Shown in pieces: positions 27,729-37,483 of a DNA stretch of 64,000 bases. Source of the DNA: Candidatus Obscuribacteraceae bacterium (GTDB lineage Bacteria; Cyanobacteriota; Vampirovibrionia; Obscuribacterales; Obscuribacteraceae); the NCBI GenBank assembly GCA_044226015.1, contig JBGAHS010000001.1, positions 192,001-256,000 on the forward strand, in the 5' to 3' direction. The notes under the pieces are model-generated. The model saw nothing but the letters and a program-made list of their open reading frames with translations, searched no databases and was not told where the DNA came from. Positions within the stretch are counted from its first letter, which is position 1. Each line of letters begins with the position of its first letter. The position numbers and the translations under genes are program-made.

Positions 27729-28247
27729 TTAGATGCGATCAGTTTGAAGAGTTTTAGAATCACGGATCCATCTCGTAGCCATCGCTTCGGCTGCCAGCAA
27801 AACTGAGTTGTATTCCTCATTTTTTTTGAAACTCTGCCAACGCGCTCGCGCAAGTTCTGGTTCTGCTATCAGAGCCATTGCGAGGCGCACGGCTGCCCAC
27901 TCTTTGTGGATCTGCGCAGTGCCTACTATTTCTTGCTCAAGTGTCTTTTCAGCTGCGGCTTCCATCGCGATGGCTCGGCATTCGGCTCCAGCCGCGTAAG
28001 CTGGACACTCCACTTTGGATTCATGTTCAACCCCATGATGTACAACCGCGAGAAAAGTCCCGCCCTCAGGCTCCACGAGTGCAACCCCATGTGCAGCCCC
28101 AGGCGCCTGATTCTCCGCACTAAATTCCATCACGATGAGCGGCAAATCTGCCTCGGACTCCGTCTCGCTGGAATGTGCGAATGGACCCGCTATTAGAGTG
28201 CGCTTCTTTGATTGAGTTTCCATACCCAGGAACCTGCTATTACCCAC
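27729..28247 (-). CDS. Hypothetical protein
   Basis: 172 aa ORF with plausible composition; no family recognised; start may be 28223. Confidence 0.55.
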   Translation of the reverse strand: MGNSRFLGMETQSKKRTLIAGPFAHSSETESEADLPLIVMEFSAENQAPGAAHGVALVEPEGGTFLAVVHHGVEHESKVECPAYAAGAECRAIAMEAAAEKTLEQEIVGTAQIHKEWAAVRLAMALIAEPELARARWQSFKKNEEYNSVLLAAEAMATRWIRDSKTLQTDRI

Positions 28248-28362
28248 TAATCAGAATGTCATAAATGAGGTGATTTCTCTGTGAAAAAGAAGCTAGATCG
28301 CAAGCGCTAGATCAAGGGATAATAAGTACCCCAGAACTATATGAGAACTACACGAGGTTGTT

Positions 28363-28749
28363 ATGCTACAAGTTGTTGAAACCGACAAAGCTCCAAAAGC
28401 TGTTGGACCATACTCCCAGGCGATAATCGCCAACGGATTTATTTTTGTTTCCGGGCAAATTTCTATCGACCCGGCCACCGGCGATTTGAATACAGGCAGC
28501 ACCGCTGAGCAAACTAAGCAGGTTTTGAGAAACTTGTCCGGAGTACTCGAAAGCCAGGGCTCCTCATTGCAAGATGTGGTCAAGACAACGGTTTTCTTGA
28601 AGAGTATGAATGACTTTCAAGAAATGAATGAGGTGTACGCACAATTTTTCAGCACGGTTAAGCCGGCGCGCGCTACTGTCGAGGTTTCTCGCTTGCCCAA
28701 AGATGTATCTGTTGAAATTGAAGCCATCGCTCTCCACAAGAAAGGCTAA
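28363..28749 (+). CDS. ridA: RidA family reactive imine deaminase
   Basis: [40 protein letters not shown]. Confidence 0.95.
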   Translation: MLQVVETDKAPKAVGPYSQAIIANGFIFVSGQISIDPATGDLNTGSTAEQTKQVLRNLSGVLESQGSSLQDVVKTTVFLKSMNDFQEMNEVYAQFFSTVKPARATVEVSRLPKDVSVEIEAIALHKKG

Positions 28750-28918
28750 ACCTACAGCTGACTAAGAAGGCTGATCAAGAACGCTGGTAGGCTAAACTAA
28801 GCCGCCCGGGCTAAGCAGAGTAAGAAAACTAAGCTCACCAAGAAAAGCTCCTCAGCAACATCACCCTTGGTGGACATCTAACAAATGATCTTTCTTTGCA
28901 GCTTAGCAAAAGTGGTGG

Positions 28919-28978
28919 GAAACCAAAATAGATCCCCATCTGCTGCGTGAAACCAAAATAGATCCCCATCTGCTGCGT
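28919..28978. repeat. Perfect 30-bp tandem duplication
   Basis: GAAACCAAAATAGATCCCCATCTGCTGCGT twice. Confidence 0.95.
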
Positions 28979-29016
28979 GGAATAATTCGTATAGCCCTGA
29001 CTCGGTGGATTACTGA

Positions 29017-29583
29017 TTGCTCGAAATCCCTGGCATTGTGATGAGACTGGCGGCGCTTGCAGTAGTTGCTGCCGCGACAATCACCGACTTGCGCAGCCGC
29101 AAGATTCCAAACAAACTCACGTTTCCAGCTGCGGCTGTCGGAATCTTGATGCATACGATATATTTTGCGACATGGGCAAACGCTGACGACATCTTCTTGT
29201 ACATGTTAGCCGGGTTCCTGTCTGGAATTTCAGGCTGGATATTCGGCGTCTTCGTCATGAGTTTTATCAAACTGTTCTTGCGACAGATGGGACACGGTGA
29301 CACTAAGCTTGTTGCTGCCGTCGGGACCTTTGTAGGACCTTGGTTGCTTATACTGGTATTGATGTTTTACTTCTTATCGTTCGGATTTTTCACGATGTTT
29401 CGCTTGCTGTCGGCGGTCTCGTGGTGGCAGCTGCTCGGCGGCGTTCAACTGCAAAATCTAAATATGGATGAGTTCAATAAAAGGCGCAAAGAAACAATCC
29501 CCGTCGCCCCATTCATCGCGTTAGGAACTCTCGTGGCAGTAATTTTAGAGAATCCACTCCTGGAAATTTGGAAACTGGATTAG
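29017..29583 (+). CDS. A24 family prepilin peptidase (CpaA/TadV-like)
   Basis: TDLRSRKIPN, MGHGDTKL and PVAPFIALG motifs; multi-TM; adjacent to the Tad locus. Confidence 0.9.
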   Translation: MLEIPGIVMRLAALAVVAAATITDLRSRKIPNKLTFPAAAVGILMHTIYFATWANADDIFLYMLAGFLSGISGWIFGVFVMSFIKLFLRQMGHGDTKLVAAVGTFVGPWLLILVLMFYFLSFGFFTMFRLLSAVSWWQLLGGVQLQNLNMDEFNKRRKETIPVAPFIALGTLVAVILENPLLEIWKLD

Positions 29584-29605
29584 GACTAGAACCGAGTTTG
29601 CTTTG

Positions 29606-29771
29606 CTATCAAGGACGCTAAAGTACTTACATAAAATACGACGCTTAAAGTGCTTAGCTATAAAGGACGCTCAAGTGCTTAGCTAAAATAGGACGCTAAA
29701 GTAGCATAAAATAGGACGCTAAAGTAGCATAAAATAGGACGCCTCAAACAACTTAGCTAAAATACGTCGCT
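29606..29771. repeat. Tandem array, 23-28 bp unit with GACGCT core, 7 copies
   Basis: Cores at 29614, 29640, 29666, 29692, 29715, 29738 and 29766. Confidence 0.9.
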
Positions 29772-30119
29772 TTCCATTTGGTCACCTTCGCTAGTCTTGG
29801 TATCGGATATGGTGCCAGGTGGCAGCTCGACACATGAGTGCGCTTTTGAATATAGCTTTGAGATGCCCCCTGGCTGAATGCTCTCACAAAGCCCCACAAC
29901 CATCCCTTGTTTATCCATAAAGACAACATCGATGGCATACTTCATGCCAAACATGTGAATCTGCGAGCACGGCACAATATAAAGCCCATCGCCAGGCTCT
30001 AGCGATGGCGTTTTCAGCAATCCAACAAGTCTCGCTACAAACGAGTCAGCAACAACTGCCTTATCGGCAAGCATCGTGCCTTTCGTCTTGTTGCGAAAGT
30101 AGGTAATTTTGCTAACTAT
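29757..30119 (-). CDS. DUF192 domain protein
   Basis: ADSFVARLVGLL, IHMFGMKYAIDVVF, VELPPG. Frame is open upstream of ATG 30074 to an ATA at 30119, so the start is uncertain. Confidence 0.85.
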   Translation of the reverse strand: MVSKITYFRNKTKGTMLADKAVVADSFVARLVGLLKTPSLEPGDGLYIVPCSQIHMFGMKYAIDVVFMDKQGMVVGLCESIQPGGISKLYSKAHSCVELPPGTISDTKTSEGDQMESDVF

Positions 30120-31045
30120 TTACCAGTACCGAAGACAGGCCCGAGAGCCTGCATGATAGTGATAACTGCTGGACCCAACATAGGACAAAGAATCAAAGGC
30201 ATTACGAATAACATGATTACTGGAACCATCTTAACCGGTGTTTTGGACGCTTCTTCTTCTTTCTTTCTCTTAAGTTTGTCGCGCAATGCGATAGCTTGCT
30301 GCTTCAATGGATAACTGATGTCAGAACCCTTCGATTCCGCTGAAATCAGTGCGCTAGACATGGAGGAAATGTCTTCTACACCGCAACGATCGCCCATATC
30401 TTTCAGTGCGTTTGGAACTGACTTCGCGAATACACGCACGTCGTGAATCAATTGCTCAAGCTCCGAAGCGATATTCGGACATGTATCTTTTACTTCCTTC
30501 TGAACTTTGTCGATACACATCAAAAGACCAAGACCCGCTTGAGCGCAAACGATGAGTAGGTCAATAACAGTTGGAAGCTCGAGAAGAATAAGGTTCTGTC
30601 TTTTCTTCACTTTGGAAGAAAGGAAGAAGTTAGGCATGGTCCATGCGACCACAGCCGCTCCAACCATAGCGAGAACTTTGATCAAAATGTCCATTCCTGG
30701 ATTGAATATAACCAGGAAGTCGATGATGCCTACAGCTGCAGTCTTCACACCGATGAAGGTTGCGAGGTGTGCGGGCGTCCTGTAGTCCGCGTGAATCAGG
30801 AGAACTCTCGTTCTCTCATCAGCCACTTGCGGAAAGGTTGTTAGCACCATTTCCCCAAGCGCTTTCAACGCATTATTGATGGCAGAATCTTTTTGCTTTT
30901 GAACTTCAGCAGGTTCGTCGTTCTTCTTGCGCGGGCGAACTCGAACCCCATACTGATCGTAGTTCATCTGGGCGATGGGCAGGTAAAGTGCCAGCAATCC
31001 TAAAAGGACTGCCCCAAATGTCATCATTGCACCCATCATTTCCAT
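30116..31045 (-). CDS. tadC: Tad pilus inner-membrane platform protein TadC
   Basis: LPTVIDLLIVCAQAGLGL T2SSF pattern, EEEASK..VKM..; follows tadB. Confidence 0.88.
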   Translation of the reverse strand: MEMMGAMMTFGAVLLGLLALYLPIAQMNYDQYGVRVRPRKKNDEPAEVQKQKDSAINNALKALGEMVLTTFPQVADERTRVLLIHADYRTPAHLATFIGVKTAAVGIIDFLVIFNPGMDILIKVLAMVGAAVVAWTMPNFFLSSKVKKRQNLILLELPTVIDLLIVCAQAGLGLLMCIDKVQKEVKDTCPNIASELEQLIHDVRVFAKSVPNALKDMGDRCGVEDISSMSSALISAESKGSDISYPLKQQAIALRDKLKRKKEEEASKTPVKMVPVIMLFVMPLILCPMLGPAVITIMQALGPVFGTGK

Positions 31046-31051
31046 GTCGCA

Positions 31052-32266
31052 CTAAACCTCGAACGTGGTCATCTTAACTAGAATGTAAGCGCCAATTGCT
31101 TCCCAGATCATCATTCCGATGAATACGATACGAGCAATTGGATGGTTCAAAAATGGCGTAATGTAACCTGGAGCCATAACGTACGTCATCGCGGTGATGA
31201 AGTACGGCAAGCTTCCGATAAAGAGTGCCGTCATCTTACCTTGTGCAGTAAGCGAGTTCATGAAGTCTCTAAGACGGAATCTTTCACGGATAGCTTCAGC
31301 GATTGTTGCTACTACGTCAGCCAAATTAGCACCTACGTCCTGGCTGATGAAGATTGCCTGGGTCAAAAGTCTGAAGTCAGCTGTTCTAATTCTGGTGCCC
31401 ATTTCTGCGAGAACATCGCGGAATGGCTTGCCGAGCTGAAGTGAAACTAGCGCTCGTTTGAATTCACCACGAATCGGTTCTGGTGCAGTTTCAGAAAGAA
31501 GCTTGAAGCACTCAACGACAGGCGAGCCTGCTCTGAGTGTAGAGGTCATTGTTTCAAGCACCTGTGGAAGTTGCGCCGTGAGCTTCTTTTGTCGCTCGCC
31601 AGCTTGCCACTTCACATACTGAACGAAACCAAAAGAGCCTAAAGCCGGTCCGAAAATGATTGCAAATGGTGCTAGAACTGGGGCCTGCCAGACGCATAGC
31701 CCAAACATTCCGACAGCGGTTCCAACTGCCGCCATAATCCAGTTTGTCTTCATCTTTTCATACTGGGCTTCAAGACCAGCCTGAGAAAGCAAACGACCAA
31801 GAAAATCGTCGCGTTCGATTCTGAAGATATCTACCGATTCTGGCTTTGCAGCATCTCGCGCTTCCATACGCTTGCGCTGTTTGTCCAGACGCGTTAACTG
31901 TTCAGTGTGGGGCGTTCTTCCCATCAACCAGCCATAGGCCAGAAGACCTGCAATGAATATTGGTGCGAACACCATTAGTCCATCCACTGGAATTCCGAGA
32001 ATTGTATCTCCGCCAGTAGGTACGCCTGGTGCGCCAGTGCTGGCTACCGTAGCGCTAGTGTCTGTAGCTGCCGGCAGCGACCCAGTGCTCTGTCCAGGTA
32101 ACGAAGTCTGTGCTGACGGGTCAACTCCCGTTTGTTGAGGAACGGCGTTAGGATCCTGCCCGGGTAACGAGCTGGAAGGCGCTTGCCCTGCATTCGGATC
32201 TGCAGGTTGAGTTTGTTGCGGTACCGCAGAGTTTGGGTCCTGGGGGTTGGCTTGATTTGGATCCAT
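31052..32266 (-). CDS. tadB: Tad pilus inner-membrane platform protein TadB with low-complexity N-terminal extension
   Basis: QLPQVLE...STLRAG, PEPIRGEF, GANLA, LTAQGK. Confidence 0.9.
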   Translation of the reverse strand: MDPNQANPQDPNSAVPQQTQPADPNAGQAPSSSLPGQDPNAVPQQTGVDPSAQTSLPGQSTGSLPAATDTSATVASTGAPGVPTGGDTILGIPVDGLMVFAPIFIAGLLAYGWLMGRTPHTEQLTRLDKQRKRMEARDAAKPESVDIFRIERDDFLGRLLSQAGLEAQYEKMKTNWIMAAVGTAVGMFGLCVWQAPVLAPFAIIFGPALGSFGFVQYVKWQAGERQKKLTAQLPQVLETMTSTLRAGSPVVECFKLLSETAPEPIRGEFKRALVSLQLGKPFRDVLAEMGTRIRTADFRLLTQAIFISQDVGANLADVVATIAEAIRERFRLRDFMNSLTAQGKMTALFIGSLPYFITAMTYVMAPGYITPFLNHPIARIVFIGMMIWEAIGAYILVKMTTFEV

Positions 32267-32310
32267 ATAATTTATTGTTCAAATTGGTACTTAACGCCGT
32301 ACAAGGTCAA

Positions 32311-33945
32311 TTAGCGCAACCATTCAAGTTTGAATGGAATAGCTTCTTGCTCTATCTGATCCATGAATTTTGGTGGCAATCCAGAGCCGACGTGGCGGCA
32401 CTTGAAGAAGCCTCTAGCATCACGACCTTCACGTTCTAAATGGAAGAGCGTGCTGATAGCTATAATTTCACCTTCCATTCCGGTGATTTCCGCAACCTCG
32501 GTGACTCTTCTAGTACCATCTTCCAGACGCTTAATCTGAATGATAACCTGGATAGCAGATGCGATAAGTTCACGCGCTGCTTTTGCAGGCATGTCCATAC
32601 CGCCCATGAGAATCATGTTTTCCAGACGCTTCGTACAGTCACGTGGGGTGTTAGCGTGGATTGTGGTCATTGAACCTGAGTGACCGGTGTTCATTGCCTG
32701 TAACATGTCGAATGCTTCTTCACCACGGCACTCCCCAAGGATGATGCGGTCGGGGCGCATACGAAGTGTGTTGATGACGATCATGCGCTGTGTGATTTGC
32801 CCCTTACCTTCAATGTTTGCTGGTCGGGTTTCCATTCGCACCCAGTGCTCATGTTGCAATCTCAATTCCGCCGCGTCCTCTATCGTGATGATGCGTTCGC
32901 GTGGGTTGATGTGCGCAGACAATGCGTTGAGTAGAGTTGTTTTACCGGAACCTGTACCACCGGAGATGATGGTGTTGATTCTGGCTTTAATACAAGCTTT
33001 GAGCACTTCAGCCATTTGCAATGACATAGCGCCTTTTTCGACGAGCTGACCGAGTGACATGATGGTCGTGCCGAAACATCGGATAGTGACCGTTGGTCCG
33101 TCGATTGATACCGGAGGAATTGTCGCGTTAACACGGGAGCCGTTTGGAAGACGTGCGTCAACCATTGGAGAGTTATCGTCAAGTCGTCTTCCCAGAGGTT
33201 GAATAATCTTGTCGATTGTCTGTCTCAGGTGTCTATCGTTTTCGAATTGCACAGTTGTTTTTTCAAGACGACCGTGACGTTCAACGTAAATCAAGTCAAA
33301 TCTGTTGACGCAAATATCGCCGACGCTCGGGTCTCTCAGTAGTGGACCCAGAGGACCAAATCCAAAAATTTCGTCGAGAACGTTTTGAAGCAAAATACCC
33401 TTTTCCATCATGGTCAATGGAGCGGGGTCGCTGTTTACCATTTCTCTGATACGAGCACGAACTTGGGCTTGCGTATCTTCACTGATTTGCGTGAGTCTGG
33501 ATGTATCCAGTTCTCTTCTCAATTGTTCAATGATGACCTTTTCACGCTCACGAATCAAAGCGAGGTTAGCCTGGAATTTTGCCTGATCTGCATTGGGATC
33601 ATGCATAGCCTGAGCGCTACTCGTGTCTTCCTCTCTACGATCGAGACGCTCAAGATCGTTCTTCGAGTAGTGTGGCTGTTCGGGTGCGACTTGTGATTGG
33701 GTCTGTTGACCCTGCATACCGGTCTGTCCGCCGCGACCTTGCATGCCACCACCAGCCTGCTGACCTTGCATGCCGGCGCCCGCTTGCTGCCCGGCTAGTC
33801 CACCACCGGCTTGTTGTCCCTGAAGGCCTGTTCCGCCCTGCTGGTGAACGATGCCACCTTCCTGTCTCTGCCGAACTAGCTGTCCCATGAGGGATGAAGC
33901 TTGTCTACTGGGCAAATTTGGATTCTTGTTCTCGTCTTCAGACAT
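32311..33945 (-). CDS. cpaF: Tad pilus assembly ATPase CpaF/TadA
   Basis: GFGPL..LL.DP, DARLPNGSRVN, GGTGSGKTT, TIED, LRMRPDRII.GE.RG, AMNTGH, TIHAN. Confidence 0.96.
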   Translation of the reverse strand: MSEDENKNPNLPSRQASSLMGQLVRQRQEGGIVHQQGGTGLQGQQAGGGLAGQQAGAGMQGQQAGGGMQGRGGQTGMQGQQTQSQVAPEQPHYSKNDLERLDRREEDTSSAQAMHDPNADQAKFQANLALIREREKVIIEQLRRELDTSRLTQISEDTQAQVRARIREMVNSDPAPLTMMEKGILLQNVLDEIFGFGPLGPLLRDPSVGDICVNRFDLIYVERHGRLEKTTVQFENDRHLRQTIDKIIQPLGRRLDDNSPMVDARLPNGSRVNATIPPVSIDGPTVTIRCFGTTIMSLGQLVEKGAMSLQMAEVLKACIKARINTIISGGTGSGKTTLLNALSAHINPRERIITIEDAAELRLQHEHWVRMETRPANIEGKGQITQRMIVINTLRMRPDRIILGECRGEEAFDMLQAMNTGHSGSMTTIHANTPRDCTKRLENMILMGGMDMPAKAARELIASAIQVIIQIKRLEDGTRRVTEVAEITGMEGEIIAISTLFHLEREGRDARGFFKCRHVGSGLPPKFMDQIEQEAIPFKLEWLR

Positions 33946-33962
33946 GCTTATTCACCTCGGGG

Positions 33963-35162
33963 TTATTTCTTCTTGCCGAAGATTGCTGGGAATTTGAATC
34001 CACCACCACCACCTGCTGCCTTCTCTTCTCCGGCTTTCTGAGTAATGAGCAGTTGCTCGCCACCGGTGATCTTGCGTGCAAGCGATTCCATCGACTTGCC
34101 GAGACCCGTGTGTGGTGGCGCGATTTGTCCCTGGTTGATGACCCATTTGGCGGTCTTAGGATCATTTGCAATTTCGTGATACACAGGGTAGTTGAGGTTG
34201 GCGCGGCATTCGCTGAGAACGTCTTGCGGCAGCCATTCGGATTTGTTGATGACCAGGAGAAGTTTTTCCTGGTTGTAGTGAGCTTTGAAGGTGTCGAGAC
34301 ATTTTCTCGTGTTCAAAATTGAAGCCCAGTTATACTCAGTCAAAACGCAGACATGATCTGCTAAGTCGAGAGTGGCGATTGCGCGCTCATCGAGTAGGTT
34401 CTTCGGAAGGTCTACGACTGAATAACGGAATTCTTGTTTTGCTGTGTACAGAATTTCTTGAACTTGAGCTGCGTAGATATCACCGATATCTTCGAGTTCT
34501 GGTGGTGCAGCCAATACGCTCAATTTATCGTCGTACTTGGTCATGAGGTTGCGCAAGTAAGTTGAGTCGAAATTGGTGTGCGAGAAGTCGATTGTTGATA
34601 GAGAGAATGAAGGCTCAAGGTTGAGATAGTGTGCCACCATTCCAAATTGCAAGTCGAGGTCGATGATCGCTGACTCGCCGTACTTGCCCAGGTACCCTGC
34701 CAGATTGGTAACCACTGTCGTGGCACCGATGCCGCCTGTCGGGCTGAACACAGCGATAACTTTGCCGGACGCTGTCGACGAAGACTCTGACTGATGTTTC
34801 AACAGGATGCTTTGAACGGCTGCAGGTAGGTCTGTTCTCCAACGTTCCGCATCGAGGAAGTCAGAAGCCCCGAGTCGATACGCGGTGCGAATCAACTCGG
34901 GGTCCGGAACTTCATAGCTGACGAAGAAATAGATTTCTGGGTAGGCTTCTCTCAGTTCAGCTAACAGAGACAAACCTCGGACCGGAGCAGGGCTCAATTC
35001 AATCCAAACCAGCTTAGGATGCAAGCTTCCAATTTGCTCCCTCGCCATGCCACCGGAAACAGTGCTCACGAGAGCCAGTGATGGCTGACTGTGAACCAGG
35101 TCTTCAATAGTCTGGCGTTTGTCCAAACCGGCGTCGCATACCAACAGCGTAGTTAGTTTCAT
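33963..35162 (-). CDS. cpaE: CpaE/TadZ-like pilus localisation protein (pseudo-receiver plus MinD-like ATPase)
   Basis: Receiver-like N-domain; GKVIAVFSPTGGIGAT deviant Walker A; DLDLQFG; VVDLP. Confidence 0.88.
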   Translation of the reverse strand: MKLTTLLVCDAGLDKRQTIEDLVHSQPSLALVSTVSGGMAREQIGSLHPKLVWIELSPAPVRGLSLLAELREAYPEIYFFVSYEVPDPELIRTAYRLGASDFLDAERWRTDLPAAVQSILLKHQSESSSTASGKVIAVFSPTGGIGATTVVTNLAGYLGKYGESAIIDLDLQFGMVAHYLNLEPSFSLSTIDFSHTNFDSTYLRNLMTKYDDKLSVLAAPPELEDIGDIYAAQVQEILYTAKQEFRYSVVDLPKNLLDERAIATLDLADHVCVLTEYNWASILNTRKCLDTFKAHYNQEKLLLVINKSEWLPQDVLSECRANLNYPVYHEIANDPKTAKWVINQGQIAPPHTGLGKSMESLARKITGGEQLLITQKAGEEKAAGGGGGFKFPAIFGKKK

Positions 35163-35243
35163 GTCCCTAAAACTCTCCCAATCAATCTAATATCACTAGT
35201 GTACTTCTACCCACTAGTCAAGTATTCCACACAGTATATGCCC

Positions 35244-36188
35244 TTAGCCTTGGGGTACTGAGAGGACCTCTTTTTTGCTGCCTGACCACAACTCGATTTC
35301 ATGCATCGGTGGTGGGGGCGGCGGAGCGTTCGGCGCTACTGCATCGGCTCCAGCGGATGGGGCTCCTGGCAGTGGCGGTGGTGGCAGGCTAGGAGGAGGC
35401 AAGCTGCTTGCGACCTCTCCACCGGTTTCCTCAGCTTTTGGCGGTTTCGGGAACAAAGCTGTAATGTCCACGGTCGCCAATGGGCTGTGATCTTTATCGT
35501 TTCTAAGTGTGAGATAAGGCTTGCCGGCTGAAACAGCCTTCACGAGCTTCTCTGCATCATCGGGATTAACCAGCACTGTGATAGAGCTGGCTTGTGTGGC
35601 TTGGGTTTCGCCTGGCGCCTTACGATAAGTGGTACCAACTGCGATAACTTCCACGTCCGCAAGTACTGGAGCAGCTTTGGTTTCTGCAGCAGAACCTGTG
35701 ATGCATAGAATATCTACGTGCGCTCCTGGGGAGATGAATCCAGCAACACCAGCGTTGGAGTCGATACCGAATGTGACGGCGCGCATTCCTTCTTTGATTT
35801 TGCCTTCAAATCCTTGTTGAGCGATTCTGGCTTTAACTGCGTTGCTTAGAACGATGGTTCCTTGCTGAATTGGATAGGCGGCCAACCCACCAACACCAGC
35901 ACTTGTGGAAGTCATAGCTCCGGTAGGAATCTTACTAATCAATTCTTCCCTTTGTTCCAACGCGTCGGCGGTAATTTCCGTGCCTTCAGGAATATCCTTG
36001 GCTGCGTAAACTACTTGGCCCTTTTGATTGGCTTCTGCATTGTGTGCAGCAGTCAATGCATTGATCTCTTCTGTCTTTTTCTGAGACTGTTGCATGTAAA
36101 GCATGGTCGCGGTCACGGCCAAGCCCACAATGATCAACAACATCAAGAATGGAGGCATTCTTGACAGACTCAGGAATAGGTTTCTCAT
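35244..36188 (-). CDS. cpaB: Flp pilus assembly protein CpaB/RcpC
   Basis: TM; SAF-like VVYAAKDIPEG; GMRAVT...GVAGFISPG..VDI; LTLRN. Confidence 0.92.
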   Translation of the reverse strand: MRNLFLSLSRMPPFLMLLIIVGLAVTATMLYMQQSQKKTEEINALTAAHNAEANQKGQVVYAAKDIPEGTEITADALEQREELISKIPTGAMTSTSAGVGGLAAYPIQQGTIVLSNAVKARIAQQGFEGKIKEGMRAVTFGIDSNAGVAGFISPGAHVDILCITGSAAETKAAPVLADVEVIAVGTTYRKAPGETQATQASSITVLVNPDDAEKLVKAVSAGKPYLTLRNDKDHSPLATVDITALFPKPPKAEETGGEVASSLPPPSLPPPPLPGAPSAGADAVAPNAPPPPPPMHEIELWSGSKKEVLSVPQG

Positions 36189-36797
36189 TTCTATCCCCCT
36201 TGTGTAGTAACGGCGAAAAAGATTAACCAGATACTATTAACGCATATTCCACCGGCGCGGACAATGATTCTTTCGATATCCTTGGAATCCTATCGTCATC
36301 TTGGAAAGATGCGGTAGCTAATGCGTTTAGGCGAGATGTCAGCGAGTCAATTGGAAATTCGAATTCAAATCCTCCCATCACATTCAATTTATAAGACGCA
36401 CGAGCACCTCATTGACGCACTTGTCATGCCCTTTCCATCAGGGTTTCAGCGAATGAGTTCGTATGAGATGCTCGAGCGTTTGGTTTTTTATTGCCTTGAG
36501 TTTTTATCTTTGGATCAACCTTTAGCAAGCAGTAGCTTGCAATTTTTGCTACTGAGAACCGAAAAAAAATACGCAAAAAAAGTGGATTAGATTGCTCTAA
36601 CATTTCAAAATTTTGCATTATAAGACTCAATCTCTTAGCTGCTTGACGGGGTGGCGCACGGTTGGCGGATTACAAGGTCCGTCAACTGCCGGAGTTGTTT
36701 TTTGCGTGATAGCAATCATCGGTATGAAATAAATCGCGTTTCTGCAATTTGAAAGTTGCCACATTATTCTGCGAACTGCGTTTTTTATCAGCTTCAG

Positions 36798-36822
36798 GCA
36801 ATGCCATTGAGAATGGCATTGC
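36798..36822. promoter_or_regulatory. Perfect 11-bp inverted repeat, candidate operator/hairpin
   Basis: GCAATGCCATT-GAG-AATGGCATTGC upstream of cpaB. Confidence 0.45.
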
Positions 36823-36971
36823 GACACAGTTTCAAGGTTCTGATCTTAGCGAACGGAAATTTGCTTCTTTCACGTGGAACCAATGTGGTATCACATTTTG
36901 TATTGTGTTTAACCAAATTTGGTCTCTATGACCGCTGATTTTTTTTCAATAGTGCCGGTCCAGTTTTATTT

Positions 36972-37087
36972 GACTGGCGCTCCACAGGTGGTGGCAAGCT
37001 TATCCCTCCTGCGAAGTACGAAAGCCGTTCCTTCGCTCGGGAAACCGCCTGCGGGAACCCGACTGAGAGACCACCTGTGAGCCGTCT
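36972..37087. other. Predicted multibranched structured element (possible ncRNA or REP/MITE-like)
   Basis: Closing stem CACAGGTGGT/ACCACCTGTG extended by GAC-GG-GCT/AGCCGTC, enclosing hairpins GCGAAG..CTTCGC and TCGGG..CCGC..GCGG..CCCGA. Confidence 0.5.
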
Positions 37088-37092
37088 TCCAT

Positions 37093-37325
37093 CCGGTACT
37101 CTTAGTTCCCAGGTTTATCTGCGCTGCTTTTGAAAACTGGACCGGTACCGTTTGAGTTCTCAGGTTTATCTGCGCTGCTTTTGAAAACTGGACCGGTACC
37201 GTTTGAGTTCTCAGGTTTATCTGCGCTGCTTTTGAAAACTGGACCGGTACCGTTCGAGTTCTCAGGTTTATCTGCGCTGCTTTTGAAAACTGGACCGGTA
37301 CCGTTCGAGTTCTCGGATTTATCTG
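37093..37325. repeat. 51-bp tandem repeat, 4 near-identical copies plus degenerate flanks
   Basis: Unit CAGGTTTATCTGCGCTGCTTTTGAAAACTGGACCGGTACCGTTYGAGTTCT at 37110, 37161, 37212 and 37263. Confidence 0.97.
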
Positions 37326-37483
37326 TCGGCATCAATTACCACGGTGCAACCTGAGTACTCAAACGGTGCATCTAATGCATGCCTAAGGGGGGGCGTTGGA
37401 GTGCGCACAACGGGTCACCGAAGACTTACACGCTGAATCCAGAACACCACGCCGAACACCTTTAGTGAATCCCGGAAAAAGGC

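Noticed and set aside
36990..37070. c-di-GMP-I riboswitch upstream of pilus genes
   Set aside because: Only isolated GAAA fragments; the GGCAAAC/GACGCAAAG framework is not present.
36971..37087. ZMP/ZTP (pfl) riboswitch suggested by TGACTGGCG...GGTGG...CCACC
   Set aside because: No downstream P3 hairpin in the expected position, wrong orientation for nearby genes, and no purine/folate gene follows. A cmsearch would settle it.
37110..37313. CRISPR array
   Set aside because: Head-to-tail near-identical units with no unique spacers.
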